From Poseidonia sp. (GTDB lineage Archaea > Thermoplasmatota > Poseidoniia > Poseidoniales > Poseidoniaceae): a DNA stretch of 64,000 bases. The stretch is from positions 95 to 64,094 of the forward strand of contig JAUREJ010000008.1 of assembly GCA_030827475.1 (NCBI GenBank), given 5' to 3'. Positions 1-9,494 of the stretch are shown piece after piece; position 1 is the stretch's first letter; every line of letters begins with the position of its first letter. Position numbers and translations under genes: made by a program. The notes beneath the pieces are model-generated. The model ran no database searches. It saw only the letters and a list, made by a program, of their open reading frames with translations, and was not told the origin of the DNA.

Positions 1-160
1 CATACCTAAATCAAGAATAAAAGTCTTTTCTACCTCGACAACCGCCTTTCCACAAGGGTTTCAACATAATACCCACGTGTATTGCAAACTCGCCCAAATG
101 GGCACGCTGTGGGCCATATTCGTGCGTACCGTTTTGAATGCGAACAAGCGTCGCTCGGCT

Positions 161-1354
161 TCAAGCACGCTTCAGGTACATGGCCACGGCGTTTCCTCCA
201 CCGAGGCATAACGTCACGATGCCAGAGTTGGCTTCAAGCCTGCGCATGACCCCAAGCATCGTGATGAGACAACGCGTTCCGCTTGCGCCAAGGGGATGGC
301 CAAGACTGACGGCACCACCGTGCAGGTTGAAGCGGTCGTCGGGAATGCCCACTTCTTGAGCGACGGCGCAGGATGCCGATGCAAAGGCTTCGTTGTGTTC
401 GTAGACATCAACGTCCAAAACATCCAGTTCGTTGCGCTCGAGAAGCGTCTTGACGGCTGGAATCGGCGCACTCATGACACGGGCGGGTTCCACGCCCGAG
501 GTGCAGTAATCCTCGATCGAGGCCAGAATTTCCCAGCCTTGGGAACGAGCGAACTCGGCCTCGGCAACGAGCACGGCACTTGCCCCATCGTTGAGGGTGC
601 TGGCGTTGCCCGCTGTGACGGCTCCCTCTCGGTCAAACACAGGTCGAAGTCCACCAAGCGACTCCACCGTCGTTGCTCCACGAACCCCCTCATCGGTGCT
701 GAGAACGATGGGGTCGCCCCGTCGCTGAGGAATTTCAACAGCGAAGGTCTCCCAATCAAACCAGCCGTTTTCCCAAGCCTGAGCGGCCCGTTGTTGGCTG
801 CGTGCAGCAAAGGCATCCATCGCTGCTCGGCTGATGTTGCATTCGTTTGCGACGGTTTCACCTGTTGTCCCCATGTGAACGTCGTTGTAGACGTCCCAAA
901 GACCGTCGTGAATCATCGAATCCACGAGTTTTGAATCGCCCATTTTGGTGCCCTTTCGCTGACCCATGAGCAACTGGGGGGCGTTGCTCATGCTCTCCAT
1001 ACCGCCGGCAATAATGGCTTTGTATTCGCCTGCACGGATGCTGTTCGCTGCCATCATGGCGGCCTTGAGGGAAGAACCGCACACCTTGTTGATCGTGGCA
1101 CACGGTGTGGAAACGGGCAGGCCTGCACCAAGGGCCACCTGACGGGCGGGATTCTGACCCGCACCGGCTTGGAGCACCTGTCCAAACAGCACCTCATCCA
1201 CCACACCCGAGGCCGGATCGATACCCGCACGGGACAGCAGTTCTTTGACGGTCAAAACGCCAAGTTCAACGGCTGAAAGGGAGGACAGGGCTCCCATGAA
1301 TTTTCCAATTGGAGTGCGGGCAACGGCACAGATAACAGCCTTGGGTTGGCTCAT
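161..1354 (-). CDS. acetyl-CoA C-acetyltransferase (thiolase II)
   Basis: 397-aa ORF with ATG at 1354-1352. Thiolase hallmarks: ARTPIGKF near the N-terminus, active-site Cys context NKVCGSSLKA, and C-terminal NEAFA, GGAVSLGHPLGASG and CLGGGNAVAM. Confidence 0.9.
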   Translation of the reverse strand: MSQPKAVICAVARTPIGKFMGALSSLSAVELGVLTVKELLSRAGIDPASGVVDEVLFGQVLQAGAGQNPARQVALGAGLPVSTPCATINKVCGSSLKAAMMAANSIRAGEYKAIIAGGMESMSNAPQLLMGQRKGTKMGDSKLVDSMIHDGLWDVYNDVHMGTTGETVANECNISRAAMDAFAARSQQRAAQAWENGWFDWETFAVEIPQRRGDPIVLSTDEGVRGATTVESLGGLRPVFDREGAVTAGNASTLNDGASAVLVAEAEFARSQGWEILASIEDYCTSGVEPARVMSAPIPAVKTLLERNELDVLDVDVYEHNEAFASASCAVAQEVGIPDDRFNLHGGAVSLGHPLGASGTRCLITMLGVMRRLEANSGIVTLCLGGGNAVAMYLKRA

Positions 1355-1445
1355 GACCCGTCCACCTCAAAGCATGACTTGAACATGCCCACGGACTTGC
1401 GAGTCGGTTGAGAAGCCTTGATGAAGAACACGCACTGGGCGTGAC

Positions 1446-2270
1446 ATGGCGAAATTCAAAACCGAACTCAACCTTTCACGAGCCCCCGATGAAATGCGAA
1501 CCCCTGAGGTTACGCTGGATTTCACCCCGAACGCTCTTGCATCCGTGCTTTACAAGCAGGGCGATACGGTGGTTTTGGCGTGCTGCACCAAGGAGGCATC
1601 ATTACCCCGTTGGTTCCCCCGGGACGCTACAAAGGGATGGGTGCACGCAGAGTATTCCCTTTTGCCCGGCTCAACAGACTCTCGCTTCCGCCGTGAACGC
1701 AACGGTGCGAAGGGCCGCACCCAAGAGATTGAGCGCCTCATTGCGCGCTCGCTGCGTGCTGCCGTCGACCTCGAGGCTCTCGGTCCTGTGGCGCTCAACG
1801 TTGATTGTGACGTGTTGAACGCAGACGGAGGCACACGTTGTGCGTCCATCACGGCGGCCAACATCGCCCTTCGACTGGCCGTCCGCCGCCTCATCGCTCG
1901 TGGAGACTGCCTCCCTGTGGACCTTCGGCCCACCTTTGAGCAACGAAAGGAGGGTTGGACACCCCCTCAACTCAGCCCCATCGAGCAGGCCAACCACGAG
2001 GCGGCGGTGATCCCCAACGACCTCGCTGCGGTCTCCGTTGGCCTCCTTGCCGGAGAGGTGTACCTCGATTTGGATTACGTGCTTGATTCAAACGCCGATG
2101 TTGACATGAACATCATCAAAACAAGCGATGGGCGCTACGTTGAGGTCCAAGGGACTGGGGAAGAATCCACCTTTTCAGCCGACGAGTTGCACGCACTCCT
2201 GAAAGGAGCTGATGCGGGTCTGGAAAGCCTGTTCGCCTTCCAAAAGGCTACGCTTGAAGGCGCTGAATGA
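1446..2270 (+). CDS. rph: ribonuclease PH
   Basis: 274-aa ORF. RNase PH signature GWVHAEYSLLPGST..R..RE..GR.QEIERLIARSLRA and DCDVLNADGGTRCASITAA. Carries a ~30-aa insertion relative to typical ~240-aa enzymes. Confidence 0.85.
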   Translation: MAKFKTELNLSRAPDEMRTPEVTLDFTPNALASVLYKQGDTVVLACCTKEASLPRWFPRDATKGWVHAEYSLLPGSTDSRFRRERNGAKGRTQEIERLIARSLRAAVDLEALGPVALNVDCDVLNADGGTRCASITAANIALRLAVRRLIARGDCLPVDLRPTFEQRKEGWTPPQLSPIEQANHEAAVIPNDLAAVSVGLLAGEVYLDLDYVLDSNADVDMNIIKTSDGRYVEVQGTGEESTFSADELHALLKGADAGLESLFAFQKATLEGAE

Positions 2271-2313
2271 ACGGCCCCGCACGAGAAGCACGGTATCCCT
2301 AACCCATCGGAAG

Positions 2314-2324
2314 GCTTGATATGG
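2314..2324 (+). promoter_or_regulatory. TATA-like box for tRNA-Phe (GCTTGATATGG)
   Basis: AT-rich box beginning 33 nt upstream of the mature tRNA 5' end. Same box family and spacing as seen upstream of many ATGs in this window. Confidence 0.5.
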
Positions 2325-2348
2325 CGAGGGCATTCGCCAACCTTGCAC

Positions 2349-2424
2349 GGGTTAGTAGCTTAGTTGGGAGAGCGCGGCACTGAAGATGCCGAGGTCGCTG
2401 GTTCAAGTCCGGCCTAACCCACCA
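2349..2424 (+). tRNA. tRNA-Phe(GAA): tRNA-Phe (anticodon GAA)
   Basis: Hand-folded cloverleaf. Acceptor GGGTTAG/CTAACCC, D-stem GCTT/GAGC, anticodon stem CGGCA/TGCCG with loop CTGAAGA (GAA, G37). T-stem GCTGG/CCGGC, T-loop TTCAAGT, discriminator A, encoded CCA at 2422-2424. Confidence 0.95.
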
Positions 2425-2544
2425 ACATCACAATCGGCGGGAAGCTTACTGCCCGCCCCTATATTCTATAGAACACTCAACACTACCAAGATTCCAACCC
2501 TGAGAAGGAAAAGGATTCTTGAACCGGAGGGAGTATGGTCCACC

Positions 2545-4668
2545 ATGGCGAAGGACGGCATCGTTGAGTCCTCCGCCAACGACAGTCACGAAGAACACAC
2601 CCGCTCAAAGGATCGAGAGGCCAAGGAACTTCAGGAAATACGGCAACGTCGCATGGGCGGAGGCCGAATCTTTCTCTCCAAAATTGAAGATTTTGTTTTG
2701 TTGGCAGGGCTAGCATACGGGGCCGTCTTTGCCCTGCTGTTGTTTTCGATGTCATCGGGAGCCTTGGGGGATTCGACAGCACTCGACCACACCGCTTCAA
2801 CCACCTTCCTTGACATCGGTGACGAATGCGAAGAAGTCACCGACGAGCCTTGGTTGAACATCTTCCCAGACCCCGACCGTGAATTGTTTTCCATCGCTGG
2901 CCACAACCTCCCCAACGGGGTGGCCTTCCTGAACTACACGTTCTACGAGGTGGTCAACGATCAAACCTTGTCCGTCGTCGACGAGCCTTACGGTGCGAAC
3001 GGCACAACCAGAACCATCAACAAAGCCGAACAAAACCAAGGACGAGCCTTCTTTTCAGCGCCCTACTCCGAACTTTCCGAGGGTCAGTTTGAACTCGTGT
3101 TTGAGCTCACCGTCAAGGCAGACAGATCACCGAACTCCTCAATCATCGTTGGACCGTTGACTTCAACGATCGTCTTTGAGCACACCATTTCGAAAGAAGC
3201 CCTTGCCTTCCTTCCGTTCGTTGACGACGCTGAACATTCCGACGTGCGGATTGAAGATTCCGGACCGCGTTCTTGCTGGTCCGTGCAAGACCTTGGCGAC
3301 TGGGGTTACCTGCTCATGGGTGCCGAAATTGGTGGCGGGCGAGAAACCGCCATGCTGACAGGTGGTGCTGCCGGCATTCCAGCATGGTGGATGGCGTTCG
3401 TTTCCCTCTCGCTTTCGATCATCTCTCTGCTCGTCATCTACCCCTTGATGTACAAGGTCTACCACCAAGACACCGACGACATCCTGTCCCGCGCCCACAT
3501 TCAACGTCTCGTTGAAGACACCGTCTACACCGTTGGCGAACAGTTGGGCATCGATATTGACGATGAACTCTTCAAGATCGAAATACGAGATTTGTCGATT
3601 GACATCATGGTGGCTTACCAAAACACGGAGAACACCCTCTCCGATTCCAAAGAAGTACGTGCTGAACTTCTACGAAACCTGCTCGAAGAATTCGCCATCT
3701 TCCGCGTCTTCAAACCCGTCCAACTCAACGTCCGGGTCATTGGGGCAGGTCATAGCATTGACTTTGATTCCGGCGTCGGCATTGGGACTCGGGTTGATGA
3801 GCAACAAGATGCCCTTAAGGAACGACAAGACTACTCGTCCTTCTTCTCTGAACTCCACTCCCTTTCACGTATTGAGGACGATGTTCGTGACAGTTTGGAC
3901 CTCTTCTTTACGCGCCGCACCGACGTCCAAATGAAGGGGGCGGTGGTGACCAGCGACGACCGGGTGGTCTTTGTCTCCGTCATTTACCGACCCACACAAC
4001 GCTTTGCTTTCTTCCGGTTCCGGAAGACCTCCACCCAGATGAAGGACGAATTGTTTCGTTTTATTCACGACCGGAACGAGGACTTGCTGGGCTCCCAAGA
4101 ACTCATCGTGAAGACGAGAAACGAAGTCTCAACCCTCGCAGATCGGGCTGGAGCCGGACGGGTCGAGCGCCAATCGCAAACCGACGATGAACGCATCGTC
4201 GCTGTGGCCCGACAAGACGGCTTGGGTGGGCGAATGCTGCAAACAAAATTCCTCGGCGACACGCTGTCCACCGTGGAATACATGGCGAACGAGAAGCGAG
4301 AGATGATCAACAAATGGGGATTTTGGGGCCTCATTTTCTTCGTGTGGATTCCCTTCATGGCCTCCGGTGTGCTTGTAGGCGCCATGCTCGGATTGCTCTC
4401 CAGAATGCAGTTCATGCGCGTCCTTATCGCTACGCTGATCGGTGGCTCCATCGCCTCGATCACGTGGGCGTACACCGCTGAAGGAATTGTGAAATTCATG
4501 CATCAGTACAAACTTGAGGTCTTCATCCCGTTGGTCATCATCGTCTTCATCCTGATGGCGGTGCTCCACATTCGGGCCACCAAGATGCGGCGTCAAACCG
4601 AGTTGTTTGAGGACACGCTCCTCGACAACTTCCACGCCGACATCGTCGCCAAATACGGGGACCAGTAG
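2545..4668 (+). CDS. multi-domain membrane protein with C-terminal COG2426-like (small multidrug export-like) 3-TM module
   Basis: The track ORF 2386..4668 runs through the tRNA, so the first plausible start is the ATG at 2545 (MAKDGIVE...). Predicted layout: TM, ~270-aa outside domain, TM, ~300-aa soluble domain, then a C-terminal TM bundle (WGFWGLIFFVWIPFMASGVLVGAMLG...). TTCTTGAAC box at 2516-2524. Confidence 0.6.
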   Translation: MAKDGIVESSANDSHEEHTRSKDREAKELQEIRQRRMGGGRIFLSKIEDFVLLAGLAYGAVFALLLFSMSSGALGDSTALDHTASTTFLDIGDECEEVTDEPWLNIFPDPDRELFSIAGHNLPNGVAFLNYTFYEVVNDQTLSVVDEPYGANGTTRTINKAEQNQGRAFFSAPYSELSEGQFELVFELTVKADRSPNSSIIVGPLTSTIVFEHTISKEALAFLPFVDDAEHSDVRIEDSGPRSCWSVQDLGDWGYLLMGAEIGGGRETAMLTGGAAGIPAWWMAFVSLSLSIISLLVIYPLMYKVYHQDTDDILSRAHIQRLVEDTVYTVGEQLGIDIDDELFKIEIRDLSIDIMVAYQNTENTLSDSKEVRAELLRNLLEEFAIFRVFKPVQLNVRVIGAGHSIDFDSGVGIGTRVDEQQDALKERQDYSSFFSELHSLSRIEDDVRDSLDLFFTRRTDVQMKGAVVTSDDRVVFVSVIYRPTQRFAFFRFRKTSTQMKDELFRFIHDRNEDLLGSQELIVKTRNEVSTLADRAGAGRVERQSQTDDERIVAVARQDGLGGRMLQTKFLGDTLSTVEYMANEKREMINKWGFWGLIFFVWIPFMASGVLVGAMLGLLSRMQFMRVLIATLIGGSIASITWAYTAEGIVKFMHQYKLEVFIPLVIIVFILMAVLHIRATKMRRQTELFEDTLLDNFHADIVAKYGDQ

Positions 4669-4676
4669 GTGGAACC

Positions 4677-5258
4677 ATGCAACGCATCACCGAGTGGCCC
4701 GGGTCAGCAGAACATGTTGGGGACCACGCCGTGTTCGGCATCGTGACCGTCAGCGACCGAGCAAGCCAAGGGACCTATGAGGATGAAGGCGGCCCTGCGA
4801 TTCTTTCCTTTTTTCAAGAGGCCATCAAGAGCCCGTGGACCACCCATTACCGATGCGTCCCAGACGAACAAGAAGCCGTCGAAGCGGCCCTCATCGAACT
4901 GAGCGACCAAGAAAGGTGCAGCGTTGTCGTGACGACGGGCGGCACCGGGCCGGCCGCACGGGACATCACCCCCGAGGCGACCGAAGCGGTCTGTGACCGC
5001 ATGATGCCCGGATTTGGGGAACAAATGCGAAGTATTTCCCTCGCGTTCGTCCCAACAGCCATCCTTTCTCGCCAAGTTGGAGGTTTGCGTGGCTCCAGCT
5101 TGATTTTCAACCTCCCCGGTCGCCCGAAGGCCATCCGAGAGACCATTGACGAGATTTGGCGAGCGGTCCCTTACTGCGTCGACCTCATGGGCGGTCCGTA
5201 CATGGACATGAACGAAGATGTCTGCAACGCCTTTCGGCCAAAATCCGCGCGTCGCTAA
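4677..5258 (+). CDS. mogA: molybdopterin adenylyltransferase MogA
   Basis: 193 aa, closely MogA-like: TTGGTGPAARDITPEATEAVCDRMMPGFGEQMRSISL..VPTAILSRQVGG..LIFNLPGRPKAIRE. SD-like AGGTGG at 4667-4672. Confidence 0.9.
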   Translation: MQRITEWPGSAEHVGDHAVFGIVTVSDRASQGTYEDEGGPAILSFFQEAIKSPWTTHYRCVPDEQEAVEAALIELSDQERCSVVVTTGGTGPAARDITPEATEAVCDRMMPGFGEQMRSISLAFVPTAILSRQVGGLRGSSLIFNLPGRPKAIRETIDEIWRAVPYCVDLMGGPYMDMNEDVCNAFRPKSARR

Positions 5259-5306
5259 GTCAGTATCCTTGCATCATGTTGATGAGCCGAACCCCACCAT
5301 CTCAAA

Positions 5307-6734
5307 ATGGAGGAGAACACCATCATGTCCGGCAACATGCTCATTCATGGCGCAACGATGGTACTACCAGATGCAACGGGAGTCGGCGACCTTCGCATCC
5401 GAGAGGGGCTCATTGAGACCGTTGCGCTCGGCAAAACCCTCCAACCCTTGGAAGACGAGTTGTTCATCGATGGGCGTGGCTTGCACCTCCTTCCCGGAAT
5501 GATTGACCCGCAATGCCATTTTCGAGACCCCGGCCAACCCGAAAAAGAGGACCTGGGATCCGGCTCAGCCGCCGCTGTGAGCGGAGGCGTCACCTCCTTC
5601 CTTGATATGCCCAACAACAAACCGTCCATCACCACCCTCGAAGGCATGAACATGAAATTGGCCACCGCTGCGGCAAAATGCGTCAACAACTACGGCTTTT
5701 TCATTGGCGCCACCCCGGACAACATCTCGGATTTACAAGATGCCGTCGGCACGCCAGACGCTCCTCTCAGCATCCCTGGAATTTGCGGCATCAAAGTCTT
5801 CATGGGCTCATCGACCGGGACCCTTCTGGTCAACGAACGTGAAGCCCTGGAGAAGATTTTCTCCCAAACTGGAGGGCTCATCGCCGTTCATGCCGAGGAC
5901 GAACAACGCCTCATCGAGCGCTTTGAAGCCGTGAAAGAACGCACGGACATGGCGGCCCACGCCGAATGGAGGGACGACGTAACGGCCCTGCTGGCCACCC
6001 AGTTGGCCGTTGAATTGGCCCAGGAATCCGGCCACCGTCTTCATGTTCTGCACCTCACCAGCGGTATCGAAGCCGAGTGGCTTGAAGGCATCACTGCCCT
6101 GCCTTCCGAGGTGAACGACGATCGAGCCATCATCACCACCGAAACCCTCCCCCAGCACCTCACCTTTGACGAAACCGATGTCGCACGGGAAGGAGCCCGG
6201 CTGAAAATGAACCCGCCCATTCGTTACAAAGCGGACCGGGAGACCCTCTGGGACCAATTAAGAAAGGGCACCGTTCAATGCATCGCGACCGACCACGCAC
6301 CGCACACTCTGGATGCCAAAGCAGCAGGCTTTCCCGATGCACCGAGCGGCATGCCGGGCGTGGAAACCTCGTTGGCGGTGATGCTCACCCATGCACGAGA
6401 CGGTGCATGCTCGGTGGAAGATGTCGTCCGCTGGATGTCGACGAACGTCGCTGAATGCTACAACATGGTGGGGAAAGGACGTCTCGAGGAAGGCGCAGAC
6501 GGTGATGTCGTCCTCGTGGACATGGCGACGCCACATGTGGTTGACGATGATTTGGTCTGGACTCGCGTGGGCTGGAGTCCGTTCCGTGGTCGGGAATTGG
6601 TTGGATGGGCACAGGTGACCGTCGTTGCCGGCGTTCCAGTGTTCGAGCGAACAGAAGCCACGGGGCAAAAGGGACACCTGTTGGTGGAACCCGGTGAAGC
6701 AGGAACGCCGCTGGTCATGATGCCTTGGCGCTAA
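5307..6734 (+). CDS. pyrC: dihydroorotase-type cyclic amidohydrolase
   Basis: 475 aa. Metal-ligand contexts present: IKVFMGSS (Lys), IAVHAED, LHVLHLTS, IATDHAPH. The first HxH motif reads DPQCHFRDPG, so the first His is Gln. Start could also be M7 or M11. Confidence 0.8.
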   Translation: MEENTIMSGNMLIHGATMVLPDATGVGDLRIREGLIETVALGKTLQPLEDELFIDGRGLHLLPGMIDPQCHFRDPGQPEKEDLGSGSAAAVSGGVTSFLDMPNNKPSITTLEGMNMKLATAAAKCVNNYGFFIGATPDNISDLQDAVGTPDAPLSIPGICGIKVFMGSSTGTLLVNEREALEKIFSQTGGLIAVHAEDEQRLIERFEAVKERTDMAAHAEWRDDVTALLATQLAVELAQESGHRLHVLHLTSGIEAEWLEGITALPSEVNDDRAIITTETLPQHLTFDETDVAREGARLKMNPPIRYKADRETLWDQLRKGTVQCIATDHAPHTLDAKAAGFPDAPSGMPGVETSLAVMLTHARDGACSVEDVVRWMSTNVAECYNMVGKGRLEEGADGDVVLVDMATPHVVDDDLVWTRVGWSPFRGRELVGWAQVTVVAGVPVFERTEATGQKGHLLVEPGEAGTPLVMMPWR

Positions 6735-8227
6735 GCCAGGTTGTACAATGCGCGGTATTTTTCTTCGACGTATCGCAAAAACGGTTCAGGATTCGGTGGA
6801 CTTCCGGTTGCATCCTCAATGAGTTGAGCGGGTGAGACCTGACTTCCTCGCATATGAATGCGAGGTCGGAGCCATGCCAGCATGGGCTCCCAATCTCCTG
6901 AAGCCACCATCGCATCGATATCACCAAGATCCTCGCTCATGGCCTCCAGAAGTTGTGCGGCGTAGAGGTTCCCGAGGGTATACGTTGGGAAGTATCCAAA
7001 GGCGCCCATTGACCAGTGAATGTCTTGAAGGCAACCTAAGCGGTCTTCGGGCACATCAAGATTGAACCATTCCTTGAACATCCTGTTCCAGACAGCCGGG
7101 AGGTCGTCCACGGCCAAATCGCCGTTGAACAATTGCTTTTCGATTTCGTAACGAATCATGACATGTAAATTGTAAGTTACTTCGTCCGCTTCGACCCGAA
7201 TGAAGCCCCGTTCAACACGATTCGCGAGTTGATTCAAGTCCTCTTCATCCCACTGTGGGGCGTCGGGAAAAGCCTCGTTAAACCACGGCAAGGCCGCTCT
7301 CCAAAACGCTTGGGTTCGTCCGATTTGATTCTCCCAAAAACGACTCTGCGATTCGTGGACGCCCAATGAAACCGCTCCGCCCCGTGGGGTGAACCGATGG
7401 TCGTGATCCAAGCCTTGCTCGTAAAGCGCATGTCCGGTCTCGTGCATCACGGCGTACAAACACGAAAACGGATCGGCTTCATCAAATCGGGTGGTAAAGC
7501 GGGTGTCACCGGGCCAAAGTCCTGCTGAGAACGGGTGCGTTGAAGCGTCCATTCTTCCGGCGTCAAAATCGAAGCCCATATTGGCGGAGACGGCCTTGCA
7601 GAAGGCCTTCTGGGCGTCAACAGAGAAGCGCAAGCCCTCGGGCAAGATCGGGTCGGGCGTGGATGATTGAGCAGTTGTGATGGCCTGGAGAAGCGGGACA
7701 AGACGGGCTTTCAATCCAGCGAACAACGGGTCATAATCATCCACCGTCATACCGACTTCATACTCGTCGAGCAAGACATCGTACGGCGTTGAGGTTACAC
7801 CAAGGAGGTTGATCTTCTCTCGGGTCAACGCAATCAAGCGTTCAAGCGAGGGTTTGAACGCCTCAAAATCCGAAGCGCTTCGTGCTTCCTGCCAGGCTAC
7901 CAAAGCTTCAGACCGGGCTTGGGCGAACGTTTCGACAAAGGATTTCGGGAGACAAACGGCTTGGTCGTGCATACGACGCATTTCCCGAACGTTGGCCGCT
8001 TGGTCTGCATTCAGGTTGGCATCTTCCAACGCGCTCAAAAGTTCACCCGTGCGTGCATCGGTCAATTGTTGGTGACGTTGACCGGCAAGCCAAGCCATCA
8101 TCTCGCCTCGGGCTTGGGCCCCCTTCGCAGGCATCAACACCTCTTGGTCCCATCCAAGGTGACCTTGCAGGGCGCCGAGGCGGTGAATGTCTTGAACGCG
8201 CTTGAGAAACTCCTCGTAGAGGTCCAT
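6731..8227 (-). CDS. carboxypeptidase Taq-type (M32) metallopeptidase
   Basis: The track ORF extends to 8794, but the homologous part starts at MDLYEEFLKRV (ATG 8227-8225). HETGH (HEXXH) and HESQSRFWEN motifs present. TTGAAGAA box 29 nt upstream. Confidence 0.9.
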   Translation of the reverse strand: MDLYEEFLKRVQDIHRLGALQGHLGWDQEVLMPAKGAQARGEMMAWLAGQRHQQLTDARTGELLSALEDANLNADQAANVREMRRMHDQAVCLPKSFVETFAQARSEALVAWQEARSASDFEAFKPSLERLIALTREKINLLGVTSTPYDVLLDEYEVGMTVDDYDPLFAGLKARLVPLLQAITTAQSSTPDPILPEGLRFSVDAQKAFCKAVSANMGFDFDAGRMDASTHPFSAGLWPGDTRFTTRFDEADPFSCLYAVMHETGHALYEQGLDHDHRFTPRGGAVSLGVHESQSRFWENQIGRTQAFWRAALPWFNEAFPDAPQWDEEDLNQLANRVERGFIRVEADEVTYNLHVMIRYEIEKQLFNGDLAVDDLPAVWNRMFKEWFNLDVPEDRLGCLQDIHWSMGAFGYFPTYTLGNLYAAQLLEAMSEDLGDIDAMVASGDWEPMLAWLRPRIHMRGSQVSPAQLIEDATGSPPNPEPFLRYVEEKYRALYNLA

Positions 8228-8248
8228 GCTTCGTACACGGCCTCGTGC

Positions 8249-8256
8249 TTCTTCAA
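8249..8256 (-). promoter_or_regulatory. TATA-like box TTGAAGAA for the M32 peptidase gene
   Basis: Minus-strand TTGAAGAA whose first T lies 29 nt upstream of the ATG at 8227. Confidence 0.45.
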
Positions 8257-8315
8257 CGCTCCCCTCCGACAAGTTGGCCCGGAAGTGAACGGATTTGGAT
8301 TGAAAAAAGCACACA

Positions 8316-8323
8316 TTGAAGAA
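8316..8323 (+). promoter_or_regulatory. TATA-like box TTGAAGAA for the M29 aminopeptidase gene
   Basis: Plus-strand TTGAAGAA whose first T lies 29 nt upstream of the ATG at 8345. Mirror image of the 8249-8256 box. Confidence 0.45.
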
Positions 8324-8344
8324 CGGTTGAACTCTACAGTAATC

Positions 8345-9493
8345 ATGGCCCTCCCTTTCCGCCGAAACGGCACTGAAGGGAACGAGGGTTCGGATGTTGA
8401 CAGCGATATCGAGGAAATCTTGGACCTCGCCGAAGGTCAACCCGAAGCGGTCCTTGCCGACCTTGAGCCGGCGAAGAATCCGGAGGGTGAAGACGAAGTG
8501 ATGGGGCACGATGACCGGATGGCAAAGAGTGCGCTCACGGTCATTGACACCTGCATGGACCTTCGTCGAGGCGAAAACATCCTCATCGTATGCGACCCCA
8601 CCACCACAGAAATCGGTCAGGCATTGCATGACGCCGCAAGCCTTCGCTCCGACCGCGTGTTGTTGATCGTCATGCCCAAAGGTCGACATCACGGGGACGA
8701 ACCGCCGTCCCCTGTAGCAAACTTGATGCGTCAACAACAGGTCGTCATCGCCCCCACAAAGTATTCCCTCACACACACCCGTGCTGTCCGTCAAGCCATC
8801 AAAGACGGTGCGCGCGTGGCCACCATGCCCGGCATGACCCTTGACATGTTCACCGAAGGTGGAATGGCAGCCGATTTCAACATCATCAAGAAAAACATCG
8901 GTGAAATGAACGGCTTACTCCGACGCAAACGCATCATCAACGTGAAGTCGAAAACGGGCACGAACGTCACCTTTGAAGTCAATTGGCGAGAGTGGAAACT
9001 GGATGACAACGGCGTATGCAACCGCCCGCGCATGCTCACCAATCTGCCTGCGGGCAAGATCTTCACGCTGCCGCGGGAAGGCACGATGAACGGGACCATC
9101 GTCATCGATGGTTCATGGGATTCGGCCCTGGTGGACGAACCCGTCATCCTGCAGGTCGAGAACGGCTTGGTCGTCGACGTCAAGGGCGGAACGGCTGCTG
9201 CCCAGATTCGGCAAACCTTTGGCGAGGCGGCCAAACGCTTGAAGAGCAAAGATCAGGAAAGCGTTTGGACGATCGCTGAATTTGGATTCGGGATGAACCC
9301 CAACGCTCGGCTCCTCGGCAACGTGCTCGAAGATGAAAAACGCCTTGGGACCGCCTACTTCTCGATTGGTGACAACACAACGCTCGGCGGGACGGCTGCG
9401 GTCGGCATCCAAATTTCGGGTGTGCTCGCCTCACCAAGCATCTGGCTGGACGAATCCCCGCTCCTCGAGAACGGTTCGTTTGTCGTCAACTGA
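8345..9493 (+). CDS. aminopeptidase, M29 (AmpS/aminopeptidase T) family
   Basis: Conserved core from MAKSALTVIDTCMDLRRGENILIVCD to EFGFGMNP...LEDEKRLGTAYFSIGDN. Start at 8345 was chosen from box spacing and coding-like GC3 of the acidic N-terminal 52 aa. Alternative starts are 8501 and 8519. Confidence 0.75.
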   Translation: MALPFRRNGTEGNEGSDVDSDIEEILDLAEGQPEAVLADLEPAKNPEGEDEVMGHDDRMAKSALTVIDTCMDLRRGENILIVCDPTTTEIGQALHDAASLRSDRVLLIVMPKGRHHGDEPPSPVANLMRQQQVVIAPTKYSLTHTRAVRQAIKDGARVATMPGMTLDMFTEGGMAADFNIIKKNIGEMNGLLRRKRIINVKSKTGTNVTFEVNWREWKLDDNGVCNRPRMLTNLPAGKIFTLPREGTMNGTIVIDGSWDSALVDEPVILQVENGLVVDVKGGTAAAQIRQTFGEAAKRLKSKDQESVWTIAEFGFGMNPNARLLGNVLEDEKRLGTAYFSIGDNTTLGGTAAVGIQISGVLASPSIWLDESPLLENGSFVVN

Positions 9494-9494
9494 A

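Noticed and set aside
1-160. AT-rich terminal 160 nt downstream of the thiolase gene, considered as a possible small RNA or gene fragment.
   Set aside because: Only 18-codon ORFs are present, and I could not recognise C/D-box, H/ACA or tRNA-like features. There is too little sequence at the window edge to make a call.
1355-1372. A GAGGTGG sequence 7 nt upstream of the thiolase ATG looked like a Shine-Dalgarno site.
   Set aside because: A TTCAAGTC box sits 29 nt upstream, as for the other leaderless unit-initial genes. A TSS that close to the ATG would exclude the SD-like sequence from the mRNA. This is unresolved without TSS data, so it is not annotated.
2349-2424. tRNA-Phe (with G37, the wybutosine site) and taw2 (49341-50480) occur in the same window, which could hint at a functional cluster.
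   Set aside because: They are 47 kb apart with ~35 unrelated genes between them. This is coincidence at this scale.
2386-2544. The ORF start at 2386 would make the membrane protein overlap the tRNA-Phe gene.
   Set aside because: The first 53 codons read through the tRNA 3' half and a hairpin. The first credible start is ATG 2545, which has its own upstream box.
6731-9493. The very long overlapping track ORFs 6731..8794 (-) and 7919..9493 (+) suggest two genes overlapping by ~875 nt.
   Set aside because: The homologous parts of both peptidases start at internal ATGs (8227 and 8345, possibly 8501), each preceded by a TTGAAGAA box. The 5' extensions are antisense to the partner gene and have no family similarity. 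Stop-poor antisense frames are expected in GC3-rich coding DNA.
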